From Mobula hypostoma (Eukaryota): a stretch of 64,000 nucleotides of DNA. Below the pieces are notes generated by a model. It ran no database searches. It saw only the letters and a list, made by a program, of their open reading frames with translations, and had not been told where the DNA came from. The stretch spans positions 38,442,001 through 38,506,000 of the forward strand of contig NC_086097.1 of assembly GCF_963921235.1 (NCBI RefSeq), read 5' to 3'. The position numbers and the translations under genes are program-made. Shown piece after piece: positions 52,135 to 63,520 of this stretch (the first letter of the stretch is position 1; each line of letters starts with the position of its first letter).

Positions 52135-52564
52135 TATAATTGCCTTCAAAACAAATTTTCGCTGTTTTGTCCCCTTCCTCAATCCCTCACTACTTCTTGA
52201 GCTGTTTGCTAGTTACTCTCACACTCTTTCCTCTACAGTTTGATCTTTAACTGCCAATGTTAACCGCAGCAAAATAAGAAATTCACATCAATCTATTGCA
52301 CAAGTTACCTTGGAAATTTCTTCCACCCTTATCTGAAGCAAGTTCTCCCAATGAAAGAGTAATTACTGTAGAAGAATGTATGTGAGCATTTACATATACA
52401 TTATATGTAGTCAAGTTCAATCCAATACAGTAATATTGCCAATTATGTTTGGCAGGTGAACCACCTAATTATCTTTACTCAACTTGAATTTTATCACCAA
52501 TAGCTGAAGAAAGTCAACTGAGCAGGTTTGAGTTCCCATCATAAAGCTACACTACCAACTTCTA

Positions 52565-55500
52565 ACATAAGACCATAAGATATAGGAGCAGAATTATGCC
52601 ACTTGCCCATCAAGTCTGCTCCACCATTTCATCATAGCTGATCTAATCTTCCTCTTAGCACCAACACCCTCTCTTCTCCCCATATCCCTTCATACCCTGA
52701 CCAAAGAATCATCAACCATACATAATGTCTTAAGTATACATAACAAACCTGTGGCAAAGCTGTGGCACAGATTCAGCACTCTCTGGCTAAAGGAATTGTG
52801 CTTCATCCCAGTTCTAAAAGGATGCCCCTCTATTCTGAGGCTGTGTCCTCTGGTCTTAGCCTCTCATACCATAGGAAACATCCACTCTATCACCATTCAG
52901 TTGGTTTTGATGTTTCAATGAAATCACCCCTCATTCTTCTGAATTCTGGTGAATACTGGCCCAGAGCCATCATTCATTCTTCATATGACAAGCCACTCAA
53001 TCCTGGAATCATTTTTGTGAAACCTCCTTTGAACCCTCTCCAGTTTCAGGACATCTTTTCTAAGATAAAGGGCCCAAAGCTGCTCACCAGTGCCCCCTTG
53101 CCTTTATATTCAAGTCCTCTTGAAATGAATGCTAACATCACATTTGCCTTCCACACCACAGACTTAACCTTTTGGGAATCTTACACAGGACTCCCAAGTC
53201 CCTTTGTACCTCAGTTTCTTTTGTATTTTCTCTCCATTTAGAAAATAGTAAACCCTTTCATTTCCTCTACCAAAATGCATGACCATACACTTCCTGACAC
53301 TATATTCCATATACCATTTTTTGCCCATTCTCCTAATCTAAGTCCTTCTGTAGCCTCTCTACTTCCTCAAAACTGCCCCACCACCTCTTTTCATATCATC
53401 TGCAAACTTCACAACAAAGCCATCGAATACATGTTTAAATTATTAACATATAACGTAAAAAGAATCAGCCCCAACACAGTTCCCTGTGGAACATTACCAG
53501 TCACTGGCAGCCAACCAGAAAAAAGCTCCCTTTATTCTAGCTCTTTGCCTCCTGCCAATCAACCACTGCTTTATCCATGCTAGAATCTTTCCTATAATAT
53601 CATGGGCATGTAGCTTGTTATCACCCTCATGTGTGGCACCTTGTCAAAGGCCTTCTGAAAATCCAAGTACACAACATCAGCTGATTCTCCTTTGTCTATC
53701 CTGCTTATTATTTCTTCAAAGAATTCCAAAAGATTTGTTAAGCAAGGTTTTCCCTTGAGGAAACCTTGCTGACTACAGCCTATTTTATCATGTGCCTCCA
53801 AGCAGGAAAGATTCTAGAATGGAAACACCTCTATTCCCATCTTTCATATCTTTATTTTTCCCTTTCAGATCTTTATTTTTCCCTTTCAGGATTCTTTTGA
53901 AGAACCTAACCCAGAGTTACACGCAGGCTTCAGTTCTTTGCAGGAATGAGACCCGTTTCTAGGGTTCCACGACTGGCCGTTATTCGACATGCCAAGGGTT
54001 TGGCCTGACAGTCTCACCCGTGTTTGGAAGCCTAAGATCTCAGGGCTCTGGAGATGGGCGGATCAAGGGTCGGTGTCACAGCAGGAGACTCGCGTGTCAT
54101 CGGGGGAGGCCGGAAAATCTTTTGCTGTGGGCCCGAAGACCCACGATCTTTGTGATCTTCAGACACAGCTCGAAAAAAGCAACAAAACAAACTTTTAACA
54201 TCATAAACCAGTAGGTTGTTGTTATGTCTCCTGCTCGCTGCGAAAATGGGGGATACTTCCCCTTCCCTTACCAGTGGTTTGTCGAATGTCAGATGAAATG
54301 TGATGCCTTTGCTATTTGCTATTGCTTAGCACAAGTTTGGGCTTGGTGATGGTACCAATGTGCCTTTTGATTGCTGGTGGGCGGAGGAGGGATTGTTGCT
54401 TGCTGCTGCTTACGCACAGGGTTGGGAGCTGGGGGGGGGACTTTAGGGTTCTCACGCTTAACTGTCGTTCATTCTTTGGGGTACTTCTGTTTTCGTGGAA
54501 GTTTGCAAAGAAAAAGCATTTCAAGATGTATATTGTATAAATTTCTGACATTAAGTTAGACCATTGAACCTTTGAAGTACCCCGAGACCTCATCCTTAAT
54601 AATCAACTCCAACATTTTTCGAACCAGAGGTTAGACTAACTGGCCTATAGTTTCCTTTCTTCTACCTCTCTCCCTTCTTGAAGAGTGGGGTAACATTTGG
54701 AACTTTCCAGTCTTCCAGATCTCATGATTCTTGAAAGATTTAGTTACCCCAAGAACCTTCACTCTAGTTATGATAACTTCACACACTTCATGCCTCAATA
54801 CCTGGAGTGTACACCATACTACTAGTGTCTAATATAATGATGACTGATGCAAAATACTTAATGTTTGTCCACCATTTCATTGTTCCCCCATTACTATGTC
54901 TCCAGCAACGTTTTCCAGTGGTCCAATATTCACTCTTGCCTCTCTTTTACACTTTATGTATCTGAAGAAACTTTTGGTACCCTCTTTAATATTACTGGCT
55001 AACTTACTTTTGTATTCAATCTTTGCCTTCTTAATGACTTTTTAGTTGTCTCCTGTTGGGTTTTAAGTTTCCCAATCCTCTAACTTCCTACTAATTTTTG
55101 CACTATTATATGCCCTCTCCTTGGCTTTTACATTGGTCACTTCTCTTGTTAGCCACGGTTGTCATCTTTTCTTCAGAATACTTCTTCCTCTTTGTGATGT
55201 GCCTTCTAAATTGTTTCTAGAAATTCCCGCCATTGCTGTTTTGTCATCATTCCTGCCAGTATTCTTCTCCAATCTATTCTGGCCAGCTCCCCTTTCATGC
55301 CTCCTGTAATTCCCTTTACTCTACTGTAACACAAAATGCTGGAGGAACTCAGTAGGGCAGGCAGCATGTATGGAAAAGAGTACAGTCAACATTTCGGGCT
55401 GAGACCCTTCATGAGTGCAAAACATCGACTGTACTCTTTTCCATAGATGCTGTTTAACCTGCTGAGTTCCTCCAGCATTTTGTGTGTGTTGCTTGGATTT

Positions 55501-55845
55501 CCAGTATCTGCAGATTTTCTCTTGTTTGTGATTGGATTACTCCACTGTAATACTTTTACATCGGACTTTAGCTTCTCCTTCTCAAATTTTAGTGTGAATT
55601 TGGTAATATTATGATCACCTTCCCCTAAGGGTTCTTTCACTTTTAACTCTCTTATCAATTCTGGTTCATTGCACAACACCCAATCCTACTGGGCTCAACC
55701 ATGAGCTGCTCTAAAAAAAACCAGCTCATAGGCACTCCGGAAATTACCCTCCTGGAACCCAACACTAACCAGATTTTCCCCAAAATACATGCATATTGAA
55801 GTCCCCCATGACTATTGTAACATTGTCCTTTTGGCATGCATTTCC
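52565..55845 (-). mobile_element. CR1 LINE with nested insertions (retroposon ~53805-54575; PLE fold-back 55330-55536)
   Basis: SQQGFLKGKPCLTNLLEFFE…VYLDFQKAFDKVPH; KEPLGEGDHN (APE end). Confidence 0.8.
55330..55536. mobile_element. PLE terminal-repeat fold-back insertion
   Basis: ~65-bp inverted arms; 14-bp TSD TTACTC(T/C)ACTGTAA (55316-55329 / 55537-55550). Confidence 0.85.
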
Positions 55846-56023
55846 CCATCCCTCATTAAAAAAAAACCTGTACAGAAAGTTTACCTCCAAGTAGACCACA
55901 ATCTTGTCATAGCTTGGAGACTTGCTTACCTCAATGACCTGGAGAACCCTGTTGAGTGGTGTCAGGGCTTAATGCTTTGGTTCCTGGTAGGGTCACACAG
56001 GTCAAAGGGTGGAGGACAGACTG

Positions 56024-56647
56024 AAGGTGTATTTATACTTGTGCGTACTAGCTTACGCTGTAGCCTACACAAGTGGAACTCAACACGAAGAAACTCAAAC
56101 TTCAAGTAATGGCGAATGAAACTGAAGGAGGGTGAATTTTCTGTATGTACAGTGTAGTGTCACTTAACAGAATCAGGAATTTTCAGCCAAAATTGATTTG
56201 TTGAAAAAAAAATCAGCACGTACATGCATGCACACACACTTGCCCATGCAAGGCTTCATGGTCATGGTAGTCTTTCTCAGGGTAAACAAGTTTAAAGCGA
56301 ACGTCTTTTCTCGTAAAAGCGAAAATCCTCTTTTGGTTAATGAAAACAGGTACTAATGTAGGTCTTTCGTAAAAGTGAAATGTATCCTCCATAATTTCGG
56401 AGGTCTGTAAAGCTCTGTGGAAAGCATTGCAGCCAGAGTTCCTTCCCTGCCCTTCAGTCGCCCAATGGGAAGCTATCGCAGTGTAGGAGGAAATGCAATG
56501 TTACCAAGCGGACCAATCACAGTTGTTGCGGTCTGCGTTGCTGCGACGCATACATTTTGGGAGGGGTGCATGTTCGGCTACAGTGTAGGTGTCGCGGCTA
56601 CGCCGTACCTATGGCGTCAATTTGACGCACAAGTATAAATCAGCCTT
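56024..56647. mobile_element. PIF/Harbinger-like MITE
   Basis: TIRs AAGGTGTATTTATACTTGTGCGT / ACGCACAAGTATAAATCAGCCTT; superfamily assignment tentative. Confidence 0.6.
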
Positions 56648-56869
56648 AACAGTGGTCCACCAGTCCTCCAGGTTCCAGGGTTCTTCTGCATTTGGTTGTG
56701 ATAGTATTCCTGTGTCTTCACCCAGGACGTGCATGTCTGACTGTAATGAAAACCAAATGGAAGCTACTGACAATGAAGGAACTCTGAACACCACCAGAGA
56801 TGGAGGACTTTCACTGCTGCCCTAAACGCCAGAGGCATAAATGGGCAGTCAATAAATATAGAAAAATTT

Positions 56870-58907
56870 TAAGCCATAAGAATTGTTTATTTTGAAATAA
56901 CAATCAAGAAATCAAAGGATAAATTCTAATTTTAGTTAATGCCATTTTTCAGAAAAATGAAAAGCATGCTCTTATATTGCTCAAAAAAATAAGCATTCTG
57001 ATTTCATAGATTCCAACTTCATTTTCTAACATACTTTTTAAAATAAACAGATCACCAGTTTGCCGTGGGGTATAACATTTATTCAAGCTTAGAGAAAGTT
57101 TCTGAAATATATATAAACAAATATATAATAAAACAGTTCTGCTTAAATAAACTAAGTACTGGCACAGAGATATTTGGTCAAGAAGGAAATATGCAAATAA
57201 AAATGTGAAAACTACATTACTTTTATCATTTACCAGAAAAGGCCACATTTTAAAGAAATGCTCCAGTCTACTTATGCAGACATTTATACTACTGTGTGAT
57301 TTATGTATGGCAGTGGGCAATCAAACAGTGTTCTTATTTTCCCAGAAACCAAAATAATTTCATCATCTTGTTTCTCACTGGAGATTTAATGGTTGTGTTA
57401 CAACAATATGCTCAAAATTTCATATGGAATACTACAAGCCTTCTATTACATCAGAAAATTAAATCCATTAATTTTACAAACAGTGCATGACATATTTGTA
57501 AAATTATAACCAATATAAATGACATACAGCACCTGATCTAAATAGAACATTGTGAAAGAATAATATGGCATAAATGTTGACTTTTACACAGGAAAACACA
57601 AATGCATGCACATAACTTTGAGGTACAATCCTGTTCAATTAATTTCAGGATACATGATTTAATTTATATATACACACAAACATTGCTTTACAGATTGTCC
57701 TTCATATACCCATGATTGAAAACATCTTGTAAAGTAGGTACATTTCTGATCATAAACTTCTCAATGAATCAGTGGATTAAGGGAAAATGTATAAAAATGC
57801 CTTTTAAAAAAAACACGTTTCAAGAAGAATATGGTCATTATGCAGAAATCCTTCACTCATATATATTGTAAACTCAAGTCATTTAGCAGCAGTCTTCCAA
57901 TTCATGGTTTCTGTTTGAAGTGCTTACTTCAGAATTATATTATAATAAGTCACACAAAAGCCAGTTGTGTGCAAACTAACACTACTACTTTTATCAAATA
58001 GTTAACAATGCTAAATTATTCAAATTTAAACTTAGTATTATGAATTAAAAGTAATTCAATAAAAAGATTAGTTCAATCACAATAATAGAAATCTTAACAA
58101 GAATAGCTTACTTTGTTTTTCATCAGCAGTCATGTCACTCATTAGGTTTTCAACAATTTTTCCAGACTATCAAACAACACAAACCAGACATTTTACTGAA
58201 TGGGTAATTATTTTTTAAACTGAATATAAACAGGATTAGTTTAATCCACATAATTCAGCAAAAAATTAAGCTTACAACTTTATTACTTCTGTGATACAAT
58301 ATAAACTTGATAAAAATAACCATCTTACATAAATTTCACATCTAGACATACTAGATCTAAAAATCTTCATTTGCACCAGTTCAATCTTAAACCTAAAAAA
58401 AATCTCAGGTCACATCATTCTGTTTTATACTCACTTCTTTTTTGCTAATGAAAACCAGTCACTGTCACCCTTGCCACATTTCCACGAAACCAAATACTTT
58501 CACACTCTTCAATGTAGTACATGATCATAACAGTAAGCCTACAATGCACTTACTTGCTAACAAAGTTCATCACTGGAGTAAAAAGTGATGATTAAAAGTC
58601 TATCACTTACTTTTCAACCTGTACACCAAAAAGTTGCAACACAATTGTAATAGACAAATTGCAGCAAATTTCATACTACAAAAATAACCATAGTACTCAT
58701 TCCAATATTATTTAAGAGGTATCTGAATACAGGAATATGTGTGCTTTTTGATTAGATTTGGTGATTTTCTTTTGTGTATTTTGTACATACTCTTCAGCAG
58801 TTCTTCAATGCAAGTTTATTCTTTGTCCTTCTCCCCCAAGGAACATGAGAATTATCCTCGACTTAAATCTGTTTCGGATGCAAATATCACAGCATGCACT
58901 GAAGTGG
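56870..58907 (-). other. PTPN21: Probable PTPN21 3' UTR with candidate poly(A) signals
   Basis: About 2 kb of AT-rich sequence after the stop with no recognisable transposons. Minus-strand AATAAA at 58279-58284, 57078-57083 and 56886-56891. Confidence 0.6.
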
Positions 58908-59036
58908 TTAAATCAGCCGAGAGCTTCTCAGGAAATGAATGAGCACTTTGTAGACAAAGATATACTGAGCAATTGTTTGCACCATTAACATCCGTTGCTG
59001 TCTCAGCAGGTTCAACACAATAGTAATATCTAGAAT
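58908..59036 (-). CDS. PTPN21: PTPN21 last coding exon ([42 protein letters not shown])
   Basis: tcacag|ATT...CTG ATT TAA; Q-loop QTIAQY and C-terminal SSRLI typical of PTPN21/14. Confidence 0.95.
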   Translation of the reverse strand: MLDITIVLNLLRQQRMLMVQTIAQYIFVYKVLIHFLRSSRLI

Positions 59037-59774
59037 CTGTGAAGTAAAAAGTTTGTAAGTTTTAAATGCATCACAATATTTAAATTATAAATCATCACCA
59101 GAAAATGTACATGTTAATGTCTATTTATTTTAATATTCATTCATAGATATAGTTAGATTACCAGCATTTATTATACACTAATTTTTCCTGAAACAGGTTG
59201 AGCTTCAACTACATTGGCTTGCAGAGTGGTAAAACTAAATGAGGGCCAGTCATAAAAAAATTGAGAAATTGTTTCATTGATTTGCCTGAAGTAGGATCCT
59301 GATTAGGATAAAGCAGCAATGGCACAGAAAGTAACATGCAACGGAGAATATGGGGATGGTGGGGGGGACACTGCAAATTTTATTCCTTGTTTAATTTATT
59401 TATACCTGGGGATATAGAATAATTGAAGACAAATATAATTCAATATTATCATGAACACGACACTAGGTAAATGCCAATTGAGGGTGAAGAATGAGTGCAA
59501 AATATCAATTGTTACCATCAGACTTTAAAGTGAATATTACAAGATACAGATAGACAAATCCACAGAACAGGGATATAAAGTAAATATGCAAATAAATTGT
59601 AGGCAAGTTGGACATAGTTTTCCCAAAACTATCTAGGTTCAGAAATTATGCCTTTAAATTTAGAAAATGGCACTCATGATTAGGAAAAAAACTGTGGCTT
59701 GTCAGTTTGAATAATTTGAGAGAAAATTACTAGAATTTATTGAAGATAAGAGACAAGGAAAAGGATAATCTTAC

Positions 59775-59935
59775 CGCATTGTGTTCTAAGCAGCCAATCA
59801 TAATTTCTGATAAAATTACAACACCAGTCCTTCCAACACCTGCACTGCAGTGTACAAGTACAGGTGCATCAGGACTTTTAATGTCTGTCGTACTATTAGT
59901 ATGACGACGCACCGATTCAATTTCATCCAAATAAG
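59775..59935 (-). CDS. PTPN21: PTPN21 exon with catalytic signature ([54 protein letters not shown])
   Basis: ttgcag|CT...GCG|gtaaga; 161 nt; [11 protein letters not shown]-loop. Confidence 0.96.
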
Positions 59936-60041
59936 CTGCAAAGTGAAAAATAAAATTCGTAAGTTAACATTCAATAACAAGAAACTAATCTTTTAAAAAC
60001 ATTAAAATAAACCAATGTAATCAGAATTAAATAATACTTAC

Positions 60042-60276
60042 ATCGGAATCCCTTGATATCCTCTGGGCAGCCATTTTCTGGCCAGTCTGTATACTGTAAG
60101 TGCCACACTGTCCGTTCTTGGCCATTCAATAGATGTTTAATTTTTAATCCTGTGGTGGCATAACAGCCAGAGTCTGTTCGAAAGCGTGTAGTTATTTTAA
60201 ATCTTCCATACGTAACAGAGTTATTCCTAGAACCTAATCGAGGCCAATACCGAAAACTCTTTTCTCTTCCTCCCTC
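60042..60276 (-). CDS. PTPN21: PTPN21 exon ([78 protein letters not shown])
   Basis: ttatag|GAG...CGA T|gtaagt; 235 nt. [13 protein letters not shown] and the WPE loop identify PTPN21 rather than PTPN14. Confidence 0.95.
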
Positions 60277-60590
60277 CTATAAAAAGTTTATATGAAAATT
60301 TCGATCAATTGCAGAGATGACTTGGAAGGAACACTACTCAACTATTGTACAAACCATCGATGCATTAACCATATAACAATTACAGCACGGAAACAGGCCA
60401 TCTCGGCCCTTCTAGACCATGCCGAACTCTTACTCTCACCTAGTCCCACCAACCTGCACTCAGCCCATAACCCTCCATTCCTTTCTTGTCCATATAGCTA
60501 TCCAATTTAACTTTAAATGACAACATCGAACCTGCCTCAACCACTTCTGCTGGAAGCTCATTCCACACAGCTACCACTCTCTGAGTAAAG

Positions 60591-61180
60591 CAACACACAT
60601 CAAAGTTGCTGGTGAACACAGCAGGCCAGGCAGCATCTCTAGGAAGCGGTACAGTCGACGTTTCAGGCCGAGACCCTTCGTCAGGACTAACTGAAGGAAG
60701 AGTTAGTAAGAGATTTGAAAGTGGGAGGGGGAGGGGGAGATCCAAAATGATAGGAGAAGACAGCAGGGGGAGGGATGGAGCCAAGAGCTGGACAGGTGAT
60801 TGGCAAAAGGGATACGAGAAGATCATGGGACAGGAGGTCCGGGAAGAAAGACGGGGGGGGGGGGAACCGGAGGATGGGCAAGGGGCATATTCAGAGGGAC
60901 AGAGGGAGAAAAAGGAGAGTGAGAGAAAGAATGTGTGTATAAAAATAAATAACAGATGGGGTACGAGGGGGAGGTGGGGCATTAGCGGAAGTTAGAGAAG
61001 TCGATGTTCATGCCATCAGGTTGGAGGCTACCCAGACGGAATATAAGGTGTTGTTCCTCCAACCTGAGTGTGGCTCCATCTTTACAGTAGAGGAGGCCGT
61101 GGATAGACATGTCAGAATGGGAATGGGATGTGGAATTAAAATGTGTGGCCACTGGGAGATCCTGCTTTCTCTGGCGGACA
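60591..61180 (-). mobile_element. 5'-truncated Penelope-like element with intact hammerhead core
   Basis: 8-bp TSD GAGTAAAG (60583-60590 / 61181-61188); near-identical to 8218-8851. Confidence 0.9.
60653..60688 (-). ncRNA. Minimal type I hammerhead ribozyme motif (PLE-associated)
   Basis: Minus strand AGTC-CTGACGA-AGG GTCTCGG CCT-GAAA-C-GTC-GACT: helix I AGUC/GACU, CUGANGA and GAAA cores, helix II, palindromic ACGU helix III, GUC cleavage triplet. Confidence 0.75.
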
Positions 61181-61839
61181 GAGTAAAGAAGTTCCCCCTC
61201 ATGTTACCCCTAAACTTTGCCCTTTAACTCTCAAACTCATGTCCTCTTGTTTGAATCTCCCCTACTCTCAATGGAAAAAACCTACCCACCTCAACTCTAT
61301 CTATCCCCCTCATAATTTTAAATACCTCTATCAAGTCCCTCCTCAACCTTCTACACTCCAAAGAATAAAGACCCAACTTGTTCAACCTTTCTCTGTAACT
61401 TAGGAGATGAAACCCAGGCAACATTCTAGTAAATCTTCTCTGTACTCTCTCAATTTTGTTGACACCTTTCCTATAATTCGGTGACTAGAACTGTACACAA
61501 TACTCCAAATTTGGCCTTACCAATGCCTTGTACAATTTCAACATTACATCCCAACTCCTATACTCAATGCTCTGATTTATAAAGGCCAGCATACCAAAAG
61601 CTTTCTTCACCACCCTATCCACATGAGATTCTACCTTCAGGGAACTATGCACCATTATTCCTAGATCTCTCTGTTCTACTACATTCTTCAATGCCCTACC
61701 ATTTACCATGTATGTCCTATTTTGATTAGTCCTACCTTGTTTAACTAGTACATTAAACAAGGAAGCAGCCAATTGTTAGAAGAATATGAAAAAGAAAATT
61801 CTTTCACATCTCTGTTGATGCAGATACTCTGTTTGCATG

Positions 61840-63520
61840 TTCATTTAAGGGATGCGGGAATCGCAGGCTGAGCCGGCGTTTGTTTGACTATCCCTAGTTG
61901 CCCTTTGAGGTGGCCTTGCTGACGTTGTGTTGACGTACCACAATGCTGTTAAGAACAGAGTTCCAAGATTTTAGCCCAGTGATGATGAAAGAACAAAAAC
62001 AAGTCAGGATCACAAACAAGAGAAAATCTGCAGAAGCAAGAAATGCAAGCAACACACACAAAATCCTGGAGGAACTCAGCAGGCCAAGCAGCATCTATGG
62101 AAAAGAGTACAGTCGACATTTCAGGCTGAGACCCTTCCGCAGGACTGTTACAAGTCAGGATGGCGTGTTATCTGATGGGCTGTGTTACGGGTGGTGTCGG
62201 CATGATTTAGCTGCTCCTGTCCTTCTAGCTGAGAGAAACCTTGGGTTTCAAAGGTGCTGCCAGTTTTGACAAGTTGCTACAGTGCATCCTCTAGATAATA
62301 TAAAATGCTGCTAATGTGCACTGGTGGTGGTGTAAATGGTTGTGGATGACATACCTATCAAATGCGCTACTATGTCCTGTATCGGGGCAAGCCTTCTGAA
62401 TATTGTTGAAGCTGCACTCATTCAGGCAAGTGGATAGTATTCCCTCACACCCCTGACCTCAGCATCATAGATGGAGAGACTTTGGGACATTAGAAGGCAC
62501 GTTATTCTATATGTGGCTATGCTAATACAGTTTGTACTCAATAACAATCCTCCAAGACATTGATTGTGGTGGATTCAATGATGACAATGCCATTGAATAT
62601 CAGGAGGTGATAGCTAGATTTTCTTTTGTTGGATATTGTAATTGCCTGGCACTTGTGATGCCAATGTTACTTGCCATCTATCATCCCAGGCCTAAATACT
62701 GTCCAGGTCTAGCTGCATTTTGTTGTGGATTGCTTATTATCTGAGTTGTAGCACATTGCGCTGAACATTGTGCAAACACCTCTAATTCTGACTTTACAAT
62801 TCAAGGAAAATGGAGATAGATGGACTGAGAACATTACCCTGAGGAACTCCTGCAGAGATGTTGTGGCTCAGATGATTGATTTCCAACCACCACAACCATC
62901 TTCTTCTGTGTTCAGTACAATTCCAACCAGAGGGTAAACCCCAATTCCCAATGACTCTAGCTTAGCTAGGGCTCCATGATGCCACTCTATCAAACACTTC
63001 CTTGATGTTAAGGAAAGTTACTCTCATTTTATCGCTGAAGTTCAGGTCTTCTGTCAATATTTGGAATAACACTCATGAAGTTAGGAGCTCAGCAACTTTG
63101 GCAGAACCCAAAATGAGCTTCTACGTTCAGGCCGTTGTTAAGCAAGTGCTGCATGATAACACCATTGATATTCATTCCCTCACTTTGATGGTCAAAAATA
63201 GACTGATGGGGTAGTAATTGGCCAGGTTGGATTTGTCCAGCTTCTTGTGAATAGGACATAACTGGGCTATTTTCTACGTTGTTGGGTAGATGCCAATGTT
63301 GTAGCTGTACTGGAACAACATTGGCCAAAAGCACAAATTCTGAAGAATAGTCTATAGTACTATTGCTGGAATGTTGTCAGAGCCGATTGCTTTGCAGTTT
63401 CCAATGCCTATAAATTTTGGGAGTGAATCAAATTGGGCTGAAGATTGGTATCTATCACACTACAGCCCACTGGAGGAAGCAGAGACGGATTATCCAATCG
63501 CCACTTCTGGTTGCAGATTC
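61840..63520 (-). mobile_element. Old decayed CR1/L2-group LINE
   Basis: Decayed RT motifs similar to 11050-12420. Confidence 0.55.
62011..62149 (-). mobile_element. Short PLE-terminal insertion beginning at the hammerhead motif
   Basis: Perfect 12-bp TSD ACAAGTCAGGAT (61999-62010 / 62150-62161); motif CAGTC CTGCGGA AGGGTCTCAGCCT GAAA TGTC GACTG. Confidence 0.85.

Larger units (their letters stand above)
60370..61735 (-). mobile_element. CR1 LINE 3' fragment in PTPN21 intron, interrupted by a PLE
   Basis: LVRPNLEYCVQF, RLRRDLIEVFKIMRG, FTQRVVAVWNELP. Confidence 0.9.

Noticed and set aside
39000..56800. SPATA7 or other intergenic exons
   Set aside because: None recognised by eye and the region is mostly TEs; tblastn is needed to exclude divergent exons.
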